Source of the DNA: an uncultured Nitrospirales bacterium
Lineage (GTDB): Bacteria > Hydrogenedentota > Hydrogenedentia > Hydrogenedentales > SCBR16-9
Assembly (NCBI GenBank): GCA_964537975.1
Contig: CAZIDP010000002.1
Span: 141,529-205,528, forward strand
Direction: 5' to 3'
Length of the DNA: 64,000 nucleotides
Shown: piece by piece, positions 47,421 to 57,311 of the stretch
Numbering within the stretch: position 1 is the stretch's first letter
How the letters are laid out: every line of letters begins with the position of its first letter
Translations under genes and position numbers: made by a program
Notes under the pieces: generated by a model
The model's input: only the letters and a program-made list of their open reading frames with translations
Told to the model about the DNA's origin: nothing
The model's database searches: none

Positions 47421-47837
47421 ATGCCACGATTTGCTGTCACACAAAAAAAAGAAGCCGAATTATTGGCACGTATGAATACCCTGGGCATCTTGGAATCTGA
47501 TCTGGATGAATCTTTTATCTCCAGTGGTGGACCTGGAGGACAAAAGGTGAATCGTACAGCGAGTTGTGTTCAACTGCGCCATAAACCTTCTGGACTTGAG
47601 GTTAAAATGCAGCAGGCACGGTCTCAATCACTTAACCGTTTTTACGCACGCCGACGCTTGTGTGAATTAATGGAATTGAAAGATCAGGGGATGCAAAGTC
47701 AGGAAGCGAGGCGCATGGATAAAATTCGCCGGCAGAAATCGCGTCGTCGTCGTCGATCAAGCAGTGATACCATCAATGTAAAGCGTGTAAATCAGGAGGA
47801 CAGCATAACCAAAAATAATGACCCGGAATCGGGATAA
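47421..47837 (+). CDS. arfB: alternative ribosome-rescue factor ArfB (peptidyl-tRNA hydrolase, RF-1 domain)
   Basis: GGQ motif SGGPGGQKVNRT plus C-terminal basic tail RRQKSRRRRR. Confidence 0.8.
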   Translation: MPRFAVTQKKEAELLARMNTLGILESDLDESFISSGGPGGQKVNRTASCVQLRHKPSGLEVKMQQARSQSLNRFYARRRLCELMELKDQGMQSQEARRMDKIRRQKSRRRRRSSSDTINVKRVNQEDSITKNNDPESG

Positions 47838-47892
47838 AGATTCCAGGCCATGATAAGGTTCAATAGTATAAACGGATAAATGGTTAAAGTTT

Positions 47893-49188
47893 TCAAGCCA
47901 ATTTTGGGACTTCAAAATCTGGGTGATATTCACGTGTTAGTAACGCATCGGCATCTGAAGCATCAACAAAGGTTTCTTGCTCAGGATCAAATTGTAATGA
48001 GCGTTTAAGCCGATACGAAATGTTGGCCAAATGACAACATGTGTTTGAGACATGAGCGTCTTCCATGTTGCCTTGTATTTCTGCTGGATTTCTGCTTTTT
48101 ACGGCATCCAGGAAATTCTGAAAAGCACCATTGGATTCCGGGTAGGGGTATTCAGACTCATCAAGCTCAATCGGATTGTCAGCCGCATCAAAGAACCCCT
48201 TGTCTTGTACATAATATCCATCACTTCCATAGAACAAGTTGCCAACACGTACTCCCGATTCATCATTGGTAAAACGGTTTCGTACATCAAATACCATCAT
48301 GGTGCCATCAGCGAAGGTAAACGTCGCAACGTTCGTGTTGGGAGTTTCTGCCTGGTCTTCGTAGGTATATCGTCCTCCCGCGCTGTGTACACTGACCGGA
48401 AGTCCTTTATTCATGCCCCAGGCGGCAATGTCCATCTGGTGTACACCTTGATTTCCGATTTCACCATTCCCATAATGCCAGAACCAGTGCCAATTGTAGG
48501 GATGATACAGCGAAATATAGGGTTGTTCTGATGCGGGCCCCTGCCACAAGCGCCAATGCAAGCCATCTGGGGGAGATTCCGGTTCCGCAAATCCTATGCT
48601 GTCTCGTCGGCCATGCTTGTAGCCCAATGCCCTGGCGGTATGTAATGGCCCGATTATCTCACCGGATTGAAGCAACTTAATATCTCGCATCCAGCGTTTA
48701 TCAGATCGGCTTTGTGTACCGTGCTGTATAATTTGTCCATATTGTTCTGCCGCGGCAATGAGTTGACGTCCCTCAAATACATTATGTGATGCAGGTTTTT
48801 CTACATAGACATCTTTGCCAGCCTGACAAGCCCAAATGGCACTCAATGCATGCCAATGATTCGGAGATGCAATACTGATGACATCAATGTCATCATCGGC
48901 CAAAGCATCACGGATATCGACATACGTTTTAAGATCATGATCATGGTCGTTTTTGATTTGATCACGTCGTCCGTTCAGCACCCGTTCATCCGCATCGCAG
49001 ATGGCAACCAGTTCTGAATCGGGAGAATTCATGTAGCTACGTATGTGGGTGTTGCCTTGTCCGTTAACCCCCACGACACAGACACCAATTCGATCATTGG
49101 CGCCAATTACAGTGCTCCGTGACATAGTACCCGCAGCCATGACTGCTGCCGCGGATGTGCCCAAAAAACTACGTCGCGTTAGTTTCAT
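47893..49188 (-). CDS. Gfo/Idh/MocA family oxidoreductase with Tat signal (second paralog)
   Basis: TRRSFLGTSAAAVMAAG Tat motif; GVCVVGVNGQG Rossmann region; EKP motif. Confidence 0.8.
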   Translation of the reverse strand: MKLTRRSFLGTSAAAVMAAGTMSRSTVIGANDRIGVCVVGVNGQGNTHIRSYMNSPDSELVAICDADERVLNGRRDQIKNDHDHDLKTYVDIRDALADDDIDVISIASPNHWHALSAIWACQAGKDVYVEKPASHNVFEGRQLIAAAEQYGQIIQHGTQSRSDKRWMRDIKLLQSGEIIGPLHTARALGYKHGRRDSIGFAEPESPPDGLHWRLWQGPASEQPYISLYHPYNWHWFWHYGNGEIGNQGVHQMDIAAWGMNKGLPVSVHSAGGRYTYEDQAETPNTNVATFTFADGTMMVFDVRNRFTNDESGVRVGNLFYGSDGYYVQDKGFFDAADNPIELDESEYPYPESNGAFQNFLDAVKSRNPAEIQGNMEDAHVSNTCCHLANISYRLKRSLQFDPEQETFVDASDADALLTREYHPDFEVPKLA

Positions 49189-49384
49189 TTTACCATCTCC
49201 TTTGTATGGTTTTAATAATTCAGTTTAATAAAGCATAATGGGCAGTATGCTTTGAATTCAAGGTTCTCTACATAATCGAGTCACAATGCTCTCCTGAATG
49301 GTATCGTCATCACACGTACTATCAAAAATCAGCATAGGCAAACGGCAAGATTATTGAGCGATAATTCTCCAAGGATTAGTATAT

Positions 49385-50275
49385 TCATTCCCGTATTTCT
49401 GGAACATGCCACCAGTCGGGGGCAATATCATGGACTCGGAGATACGCGTTGATTTCATCAAAAATAGCCTGGGAGTCCGGATCGCCGTCTTGTTTCAGGT
49501 GACACTCTACAATATCAGACTGAATTTTGTAGAATTCGAGATCTGGATCGTCCGGGTTATCTCGGATGAATTCACGTGCGCGACGCAATTCACTTTCGAA
49601 ATGCGCTCTGGAATAGTCCGGCTCAGGCTCTTCGATTTTCTCCGGTGGATTTCGCAGGGCTTCGAGATGATTGATTTTCCGCAGAACAAGTGGATTGTCC
49701 GGGGAGAGTACTCCCTCGGCACGCTGGAAAAAGTCTTCGGCCTGCTTCAACTTCAGGCAAGCACGAGATGCCAATAAGTATGCCTGTATTTCTTCCTCAC
49801 TCATTATATGAAGCTGGGCTTCATCGGGGCTTTCAGGACATTTTTCCAGGCAAGCTTCTGGATTTTGAAGAAAGCGATCCAGATAAAACCGGGCCAGTTC
49901 AACCGGTCGTTTTGCGTAGGCAATTGCTTCCAGGTCTTGTTCTGCCACAGAAATCAACCAGGCTCTTTTTGCCGCTTCGTCGGCGAATTCGGGTCTGTTT
50001 CTATGAATATCCGTTAAGGCACTGTCATACAAACGTCGCAAGGTATTGTGCAATTCTATCAAACTTTCCACAACATTCAGGTTACAGGGAATGTCATATT
50101 TAAAGTAGTAGTTCATGAATTCATCAATGATGGGGATACGCTCTTCCAGTATTTCCTTCGAAGTGAGTCTACCAAGATTGTGCGCGTATACTTTAATTAC
50201 GAAGTTACACAGAGCCAGGTTAAATTCTTCTTCATCCGGGTTCTTCTCAATCCAATTCCGGACAAGGGTCACCAA
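49385..50275 (-). CDS. hypothetical alpha-helical protein (TTG/GTG start)
   Basis: Long ORF with coding-like composition; abuts the stop of the upstream 110-aa gene; no recognisable motif. Confidence 0.5.
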   Translation of the reverse strand: MVTLVRNWIEKNPDEEEFNLALCNFVIKVYAHNLGRLTSKEILEERIPIIDEFMNYYFKYDIPCNLNVVESLIELHNTLRRLYDSALTDIHRNRPEFADEAAKRAWLISVAEQDLEAIAYAKRPVELARFYLDRFLQNPEACLEKCPESPDEAQLHIMSEEEIQAYLLASRACLKLKQAEDFFQRAEGVLSPDNPLVLRKINHLEALRNPPEKIEEPEPDYSRAHFESELRRAREFIRDNPDDPDLEFYKIQSDIVECHLKQDGDPDSQAIFDEINAYLRVHDIAPDWWHVPEIRE

Positions 50276-50608
50276 TTAATCCCTGCTTCCACTGTGGTTT
50301 TCTATGTAACGTAATTCGGCCCAACGTTTTATATTTTCCGGAGTGGCTTCGTCCTCCATCAACTTGAGACATGCTGCACGAACAGCTTCAACACTTTCTT
50401 TCTTAATCCGACGTTCACTCGCTGTCATGAAGGTTGCGAACATTTCATCAGACAATTTGCCACTTCTTCGCAAATCAGATGTTGATGGCACAATCGACTG
50501 GGTCAATCCATGTCCAATTCGAAACTCAATGGCCATCTGGGCTTGGGCATCCATAGTCAGTATCAACAGGTATAATCCTGCAATGCAAGTACAGCAGACT
50601 GCTTTCAT
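50276..50608 (-). CDS. small secreted hypothetical protein (signal peptide MKAVCCTC...AQA)
   Basis: N-terminal signal peptide; AAGGAG RBS 8 nt upstream; the leader and first codons are duplicated at 51373-51490. Confidence 0.55.
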   Translation of the reverse strand: MKAVCCTCIAGLYLLILTMDAQAQMAIEFRIGHGLTQSIVPSTSDLRRSGKLSDEMFATFMTASERRIKKESVEAVRAACLKLMEDEATPENIKRWAELRYIENHSGSRD

Positions 50609-50790
50609 GGTAAGATCTCCTTATGTGTCAGGATGTGTATATGCTATGGAACAGGGACGGTACGCGGATCAACCGCCGGCAGGCCTTGCTCCAGTCGATC
50701 AAGCACATGTAGCGCCCGATTAAATCTCTCATGATAGTCATGAATATCATGTTTTTCATAGGTTTCCCTGGCTTCGGTGAGCATTGCTCG
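50575..50790. repeat. direct repeat copy 1 (intact: 3' end of 192-aa gene + leader + start of signal-peptide gene)
   Basis: About 85-90% identity over the first ~110 nt to 51373-51490, with decaying similarity further on. Confidence 0.7.
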
Positions 50791-51222
50791 GGCTTTGTCG
50801 CGGTACTGATTACGCAAGGGCAAAAAAGCACAAATTCGATGTATAAGCCTTCTCATTAAATCTGGCGTAAATGGGTCTGAATCGGTGGAGTAAGGGATAA
50901 TGTCGCCCCGATCTTCGAGTATAGGCAGTATAAGTAATTTTCGAATCAAATTGTGTACTTCTTCGTCGGGATAGCGCATCAAGACAGTAGTGTTCATCAA
51001 AATAGTATAGCCATGCATTGGTGGTGGTGATTCCCCTGCTGGAGTACGCAGAATACGTAATGCGAATTCTCGAATCTCATCTCGTGGTGGCTCATGTACC
51101 AAGATAAGTACGAAATGGTTGATCAGGCGCCAGTCCTTTTTTTCTTTTTCCAATTCTTTCATACCCAGTTGTAAATAGTGCAAGACCTGTTCTTCCGGTT
51201 GTGGTAAGTAAACATTAGTCAT
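50644..51222 (-). CDS. hypothetical protein (192 aa)
   Basis: ORF with coding-like composition; its 3' end lies inside the duplicated block. Confidence 0.5.
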   Translation of the reverse strand: MTNVYLPQPEEQVLHYLQLGMKELEKEKKDWRLINHFVLILVHEPPRDEIREFALRILRTPAGESPPPMHGYTILMNTTVLMRYPDEEVHNLIRKLLILPILEDRGDIIPYSTDSDPFTPDLMRRLIHRICAFLPLRNQYRDKARAMLTEARETYEKHDIHDYHERFNRALHVLDRLEQGLPAVDPRTVPVP

Positions 51223-51233
51223 CTCTGTTAAGG

Positions 51234-51398
51234 TCAGCCGGTGTTTTTTTTATATGCTTCATACTCCTTGAATATTTTCGAATAAATATTGGTGAGTTCC
51301 CGAATCATGGGCTGCGAATCCGGTTCCTCAGGAGAAGCACTGCCCTCGAATGCCAACAGGGTTAATACAACCATGCATGTACAGCAGACTGATTTCAT
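51234..51398 (-). CDS. 54-aa truncated paralog of the signal-peptide protein (MKSVCCTC...); possibly a gene remnant
   Basis: Shares RBS, start and first 8 codons with the 50276-50608 gene, then diverges; not in the ORF track. Confidence 0.35.
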   Translation of the reverse strand: MKSVCCTCMVVLTLLAFEGSASPEEPDSQPMIRELTNIYSKIFKEYEAYKKNTG

Positions 51399-51575
51399 GG
51401 TAGATCTCCTTATGTGTCAGGATGTGTATATGTTATGGAGCAGGGACGGTACGCGGATCAACCGCCGGCAGGCCTTGCTCCAAGCAATCAAGTATATGCT
51501 GATATAAAATATGAGATCATAATAGTAATATACCATATGGTGTTTACAAGTTTCCCTGGCTTCGTTGGGCATAGC
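51373..51575. repeat. direct repeat copy 2 (degenerate)
   Basis: gtacagcagact...ggatgtgtatatg...cagggacggtacgcggatcaaccgccggcaggccttgctcca is shared with copy 1. Downstream similarity continues (gtttccctggcttcg) but decayed. Confidence 0.7.
51414..51575 (-). pseudogene. decayed 3' fragment homologous to the end of the 192-aa hypothetical gene
   Basis: Nucleotide similarity to 50644-50790 with no intact ORF upstream. Confidence 0.35.
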
Positions 51576-52073
51576 GTAAAATTTTCCCTTAGAAGCTTAT
51601 ATATAAAAAAACTTTCAAAGCTGAAGCCTGGGCATTTCACCTGGATGTGAGCTTGGTAAGTTCAGAAAAAAAGAGAGATACCGCATATAACTTTATCTGA
51701 GCTAAATAATCGGTGAATTCTGAAGTCGAACCAGGGATTCAATACTGCTGAGATGGACACTGAACCATAGCTGATCGAAGGAAACAGTTGAATACTCATG
51801 CTGGCAATTGAAACTGGAAAAAATTATACCCGAGGGTTGCTGGTTATAGAAATTCACGTGCATGGCCGGAATAGTACACTGCTATCTGGTTTCGTTTCTG
51901 AAAGAATTTTACCCCCTAGTCTTGATCGGCATATAACAAATCCTCAAATTGCCATCTTAAAGTTTTATATTATGTTGGCAAAATTTTTTGCATGGCTCAA
52001 TTTATATAGAAACTTGAGACCGTTTTTATCTATTATATTATCTTTATAAAACAAATAAGCATGGAGAGATTTT

Positions 52074-52676
52074 TTGCTGTACTATTTTGATCTTGCAGGA
52101 GTAGCAGTTTTTGCTGCTAGTGGTGTACTGGCGGCCCGCGATCGAAATCTGGATATCTTTGGTATTCTTATTGTCTCTACACTCACTGCCATTGGTGGTG
52201 GCACGCTTCGTGATCTTTTGCTGGATCACCATCCAATTTTTTGGATTGTTGACACTTGGTATTTGATAGTGATCATCATTGCTACGGTATTGACTATCGG
52301 TTATTTGCGAGTGCGTCTTCCGTTAACTCCGCTCTTTCTCTTGGCAGATGCACTTGGACTGGCACTTTTTGCCATTTCTGGTGCTCGGTTGGCACTTGAG
52401 GCAGGGCATTCCCCAATCATTGTTGTCATTATGGGAGCTATGTCCGGAGTGACCGGCGGAGTGTTACGAGATGTGATTACTGCAAGAGTCCCCTTGATTC
52501 TTCATAAAGAGATCTATGCAACTGCCGCAATATTGGGAGTGGTGTTGTATGTGCTCCTCCATCAGGTTGGTCTTCCGGATTCTATCGCAACAATTGCAGG
52601 CATGGCGACTATAGTAGTTCTTCGTGTTCTAGCCATACGATGGGGAGTAAATCTCCCTGTAGTATACAAGGAATAA
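52074..52676 (+). CDS. TRIC-family / UPF0126 (YadS-like) membrane channel protein
   Basis: Two UPF0126 repeats with conserved glycine motifs (AIGGGTLRD and GVTGGVLRD) and seven TM segments. Confidence 0.7.
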   Translation: MLYYFDLAGVAVFAASGVLAARDRNLDIFGILIVSTLTAIGGGTLRDLLLDHHPIFWIVDTWYLIVIIIATVLTIGYLRVRLPLTPLFLLADALGLALFAISGARLALEAGHSPIIVVIMGAMSGVTGGVLRDVITARVPLILHKEIYATAAILGVVLYVLLHQVGLPDSIATIAGMATIVVLRVLAIRWGVNLPVVYKE

Positions 52677-53278
52677 TTTTCTCACTGAGAATTTAGTTAT
52701 ACACCGTTGAAACTGTATGAAATTATCGGTCTGCAAGAAAATAGTTTAAGCTCTGGGCAAGGCAAAAGTTCTGACTTCTTATATTGATTTGTATATTAAG
52801 CTAAGGTCACATTGCTACATTGTAGATATATTCATTATTACTGGTACAGTTTACAAAGGTGACCCAGCTTGCATTGATCTTATCGTCACTTTTGGTAGCC
52901 ATAGAACAGGTCCCGACCTTTTACCAGGGCTTGCGTCTTTGCATCTGCTATTGAACGCTTGAGCATCCAGAAACCACAATCCAGATGAATATACTGTATT
53001 CGATTTGTTCCGTGTATCTTTTCAGCAGACACAATACGTCTGGCAATTTCATAAGACCAATCCCAAAAAAAAATACTTGAATTCTTTAGGGCCCGCAAGA
53101 TTACTGTTATGTGTTCAACCTGACCATTACATATCTTGCAACATGAATGATGTTTCTGTTCCAATAACTTCAAGCGACAGTATGTCATAATACAAGGCTG
53201 GTCTGTTGAAGGGCAATTTATCAAGTCGAAAACTGCCAAGTCGGCAAAAACGGGAAAACAGAATACGGAGAACGGGAT

Positions 53279-54115
53279 ATGGAAAACTTTCCACGGACAA
53301 CCATTGAGCATCTATCAGTCTCACGGCTGATGATGGGAACCAACTGGTTCATGGGATTTTCCCACACCAGCAAGGCGAAAGACCGTTTAATACTTGAAAC
53401 TATGACGTCTGAGCGTATCGCCGACACCATCGAAGCTTTCATGGAGCTTGGTGTAGATACGTTATATGGCATGAGCCCCGATCCAAAATTGATTCGAGCT
53501 GTGGAGATGGCCCAGGACCGCACTGGCCAACGCTGTATCATTATTTCGATCCCCACCTTACCTTTGGACAGTTCACCACAATACCTTGGAGAAGCCGAGC
53601 GGATTCTGGATGAATATGCAGCTATTGGTACCGATATCTGTATGCCGCATCAGTGTACTACCGATGCATTTATCAATCGCCGCACACAGCGACTTGATGG
53701 TATTGAAGTTTATCTGCAAATGATCCGGGACCGGGGAATGTTGCCGGGCCTTTCGACCCACATGCCTGAAACACCCATATACGCGGATGCTTCCGGGCTG
53801 GATGTAGCCACCTATATTCAGATTTACAATGCCGCGGGATTCCTGATGCAGATAGAGATCGATTGGGTACAACGCATGATCTGGAATGCGAAGAAGCCGG
53901 TAATTACTATCAAGCCGTTGGGAGCAGGAAAGCTACCGCCACTGGTTGGTCTGGCATTCTCCTGGAGTACATTACGGGACATTGATATGGTCTGTATCGG
54001 CACCGGCAGTCCCGATGAAGCGAAAGAAGCGGTTGAAATATCGCTTGCTGTCCTGGAGCATCGCCTACCGGACATGACCCTTCAGGAAACACGCAGCAAA
54101 GCATCATTGCGATAA
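53279..54115 (+). CDS. hypothetical protein (possible TIM-barrel fold), function unknown
   Basis: ORF with coding-like composition; no motif recognised. Confidence 0.45.
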   Translation: MENFPRTTIEHLSVSRLMMGTNWFMGFSHTSKAKDRLILETMTSERIADTIEAFMELGVDTLYGMSPDPKLIRAVEMAQDRTGQRCIIISIPTLPLDSSPQYLGEAERILDEYAAIGTDICMPHQCTTDAFINRRTQRLDGIEVYLQMIRDRGMLPGLSTHMPETPIYADASGLDVATYIQIYNAAGFLMQIEIDWVQRMIWNAKKPVITIKPLGAGKLPPLVGLAFSWSTLRDIDMVCIGTGSPDEAKEAVEISLAVLEHRLPDMTLQETRSKASLR

Positions 54116-54177
54116 AATAAAATATTTTATGCGCTGACATTTTTTTACATGTAGTAATGCCCGATCATTTACAATAG

Positions 54178-54939
54178 ATGTATATGTATGACAAAAAAAC
54201 ATTTAAAAGCCAAGAGTTCCAGCTAAAAAAAACTTCGCTAGATTACAGTGAGGCAATTTCTTTAGGCTTGATTGCTCTGGTCGTGGTTTTGCTTTGGCCC
54301 ACGGTATTTGTTTACCCAATTAAGTTATTGGTGGTATTTTTTCATGAAGCGAGTCATGGTGCGATGGCCTATGCAACGGGAGGCCGGGTAGTTCGAATGG
54401 CGTTGCACGCCGATCTTTCGGGATATTGTGTCGTAGCAGGGGGCAATGCGTTTCTGGTAGCTTCTGCCGGTTATCTTGGGAGTATGCTTGCCGGCGCGTT
54501 TTTACTTGTTGCAGCCAGGAAAACGGCTTGGACTCCGTATATCAGCCAGGCATTCAGTGTGGCAATGGTATTTGTAGCGATATTATTTATTCGACCTTTG
54601 GTCAGCTTTGGCCAGCTATTTGCATTTATCAGCGCAGGTGGTTTTTTTATGCTTGGATGGAAAGCATCACCATGGATGAACCGGGTTCTTCTGCAAGCCA
54701 TCGGAATAGCCAGTTGCATGAAAGCGCTGTTGGATATGCATGCGGTGACATTTCTATCACCGAATATGCCCAGCGATGCGACCATATTGGCAGAGATCAC
54801 TGGCATACCCGCTTTTGTCTGGGGTATATTCTGGCTGATTCTGGGTTTGATAACCTTATGGATGCTTCTGCCCTACCTGCTACGTAGACCTAGATCACTC
54901 TATTCTGCTGAGGATGGGGTTTCGACAGGGTCTTTATAA
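54178..54939 (+). CDS. peptidase M50B-like integral membrane metalloprotease
   Basis: HExxH motif (FFHEASHGAM) within a TM helix, followed by multiple TM segments. Confidence 0.55.
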   Translation: MYMYDKKTFKSQEFQLKKTSLDYSEAISLGLIALVVVLLWPTVFVYPIKLLVVFFHEASHGAMAYATGGRVVRMALHADLSGYCVVAGGNAFLVASAGYLGSMLAGAFLLVAARKTAWTPYISQAFSVAMVFVAILFIRPLVSFGQLFAFISAGGFFMLGWKASPWMNRVLLQAIGIASCMKALLDMHAVTFLSPNMPSDATILAEITGIPAFVWGIFWLILGLITLWMLLPYLLRRPRSLYSAEDGVSTGSL

Positions 54940-56246
54940 CGGTCTTGCGGATTCTCCACAATGAACGATAACAAGAAAATAGAGACTGGCATCACGAGAC
55001 TGAGAACGATCGTTGGTTGAAAGTGACCCAGCAATAACTCACCTGTACTGAAGAATACTGGACCTATCGCACTCGCAAAGACCATGATTGACATGTTAAT
55101 ACCGGTCAATGCACCCAGGTGTGTCCGACCATAATATTTTGGAAAAGCAACCGTTATGATAGTACCGAAAAGGCCTCCGCTGATACCGAAGCCCACCACC
55201 ATTAGTGCTTGACCCCAAATATGATTCAAAAAAATCATACCGCAAGTGCCCATAAACTGGGCTATCATCATCACTGTTAACAACCACTTCATACGTATTC
55301 GGTCACTGATCAATCCGCCGACAAAATTTACAGGAACACTGATAAAAGGCATTGGTATGAACAATGCATAAGCATAATCACGCGACAAACCATTTTCTGC
55401 CGCAAGGGTAGACAGATGAAAGAACAATGCAGTGGTCAGCAGCGCGTTGAACGCAGGCCCCAAAGAAAATGCCCAAAATGGTAAGGTGCGCAGGGCTTCG
55501 TTGCGAGTAAAATCCTTGTAGATAACCGTCTCACGGGACTGCATATCTTTGCGTTTCGCATCACTAATTGTGCCATCCATATCCAGACCGCATTCTTCTG
55601 GATTATCTCTGTACAATAGCCAGCTCAGAAAACTTACGCCTATACCAACAATACTTGCCAGAATCACACAAGCCATGCGCCAGCCAACAGCCTGTACAAG
55701 ATAATTCAGGACGACCATACTTCCATTAAACGAAAATGCCGTGAATACGCCAGCAATTCCCGAGGCCAGACCGCGCCGCAAGTTGAACCACTTCCCAACG
55801 GCGACACGAGCGACCATGGTCAGTAGTCCTTGCCCAAAGAAACGCATGGCAAGGAAACACACTATCAATATTGACATTGCAACAAGGAAATGACCATCAC
55901 CAAAGAACCTGGAGAAATGATCAATTACTGAAAGGATCATGACACTTACACCCAGGCCTATCGCAGCGACAACGCCCATAGCACGAACACCAAACCGGTC
56001 TATCAGTGTACCGCCGTAAGGCAGAATCATACTGCTGCCAATAGTTCCCAGGGCATAGGCAATACTCAATTGGATTGAGGTCAATTGCAATACGGTGATA
56101 AGAGAATCTGTAAAGACACCTACCCCCATCGTTTGGCCGGGTATGCTCGCCACAGTACCAATGATAGAAATGGCCAATATTACCCAGCCATAAAAGAAAG
56201 ATATATTTTTGGGTTTGAACGGGAAATTCACCCATCGACTTTGCAC
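54900..56246 (-). CDS. MFS transporter
   Basis: 12 predicted TM helices; MFS motif A-like GxLxDRxGxR (LIDRFGVRA). Confidence 0.75.
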   Translation of the reverse strand: MQSRWVNFPFKPKNISFFYGWVILAISIIGTVASIPGQTMGVGVFTDSLITVLQLTSIQLSIAYALGTIGSSMILPYGGTLIDRFGVRAMGVVAAIGLGVSVMILSVIDHFSRFFGDGHFLVAMSILIVCFLAMRFFGQGLLTMVARVAVGKWFNLRRGLASGIAGVFTAFSFNGSMVVLNYLVQAVGWRMACVILASIVGIGVSFLSWLLYRDNPEECGLDMDGTISDAKRKDMQSRETVIYKDFTRNEALRTLPFWAFSLGPAFNALLTTALFFHLSTLAAENGLSRDYAYALFIPMPFISVPVNFVGGLISDRIRMKWLLTVMMIAQFMGTCGMIFLNHIWGQALMVVGFGISGGLFGTIITVAFPKYYGRTHLGALTGINMSIMVFASAIGPVFFSTGELLLGHFQPTIVLSLVMPVSIFLLSFIVENPQDRYKDPVETPSSAE

Positions 56247-56320
56247 GATGTTGTGCTCCTTACCAATACATTAGTTAATTGTGTTTAAGAAAAATAATTT
56301 ACTACCGAATTTCTATACTG

Positions 56321-57214
56321 CTAACGATAGTTTTTTAATATCTCGTGATATCCTTCACGAAAGGTAGGATAGATAAAACGATAACCAGAAGACACTATAC
56401 GTCTGTTTCGATATCGACGGTTACCTCCTCGTTTCTGTGCTGGTAGATCGCTGGATGACACAATCTTGGGCTCTGGTAATTCTAACTGCGCTGCTATCCA
56501 CCGCAGGAGCGTATTTTTTTCAACAGGGGCACAATCTACCGCCAGGTAACATGGTTCCGGATTTTGCAAATCAAGTAGATGTGCCAATATCCCCGCGCAA
56601 TCTTCACGATGAATCAAATTCAGCCAGGCTGTTTTATCTTGTACACAGACCGCATCTCCAGTGACTACCTGATCAATGAGGCGTGTACGACCGGGACCAT
56701 ATATACCCGCGAGTCGTACGACTATTCCCGGAACTTTGGCTCTGAATACCTGTTCTTCGCCCAGAATCAATGCACGACTCGAAAAACTGGTTGGTTCAAC
56801 CGGGCTGTTCTCATCTAGCCAGGAACCGTCTTGCTGATGGTACACACCTGTGCTTGAAGTATAGATGAATCGATCAGGTGGGCGATCCGAATTTTCAAGA
56901 ACTCGCAGTAATCGGCTCACCTGGGTTACATAGGCAGCTTCGTAGGCAGCTTCTGTATATCCGGCGGCACTGGCAGTGTAATAGACAATATTCCAACGAT
57001 GCGATGTAATGTGAACCTCAAAATCGCTGCTCATATCTGCGGCGATAGGTTGAATGCAGCTTGGAAGTGCGTTAATATTACGCCGTAAACCCCATACCTG
57101 ATGCCCCATGGAGACCAACTGGTGTCCCAATGCCGTGCCTACATAACCACAGCCAGCTATGAGTATTTTCAATGATTTTATTTCGTTATTTTTCTCAGGC
57201 AAAACGCTGGACAT
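56321..57214 (-). CDS. NAD-dependent epimerase/dehydratase family (SDR) protein
   Basis: ILIAGCGYVGTALGHQL Rossmann motif; about 300 aa. Confidence 0.7.
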   Translation of the reverse strand: MSSVLPEKNNEIKSLKILIAGCGYVGTALGHQLVSMGHQVWGLRRNINALPSCIQPIAADMSSDFEVHITSHRWNIVYYTASAAGYTEAAYEAAYVTQVSRLLRVLENSDRPPDRFIYTSSTGVYHQQDGSWLDENSPVEPTSFSSRALILGEEQVFRAKVPGIVVRLAGIYGPGRTRLIDQVVTGDAVCVQDKTAWLNLIHREDCAGILAHLLDLQNPEPCYLAVDCAPVEKNTLLRWIAAQLELPEPKIVSSSDLPAQKRGGNRRYRNRRIVSSGYRFIYPTFREGYHEILKNYR

Positions 57215-57311
57215 TAATCTTCCAACTTAATATTCAAACAATAAAATTCTGGCCGGTCTGTATATAACACCAGAACCGGCCATGGCATGATCAATAAACG
57301 CAATTTTAAAA

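Noticed and set aside
54900-54939. 40-nt convergent overlap between the M50B-like gene end and the MFS gene end
   Set aside because: This is plausibly genuine convergent 3' overlap or a slightly over-extended ORF call. It is not a feature in itself.
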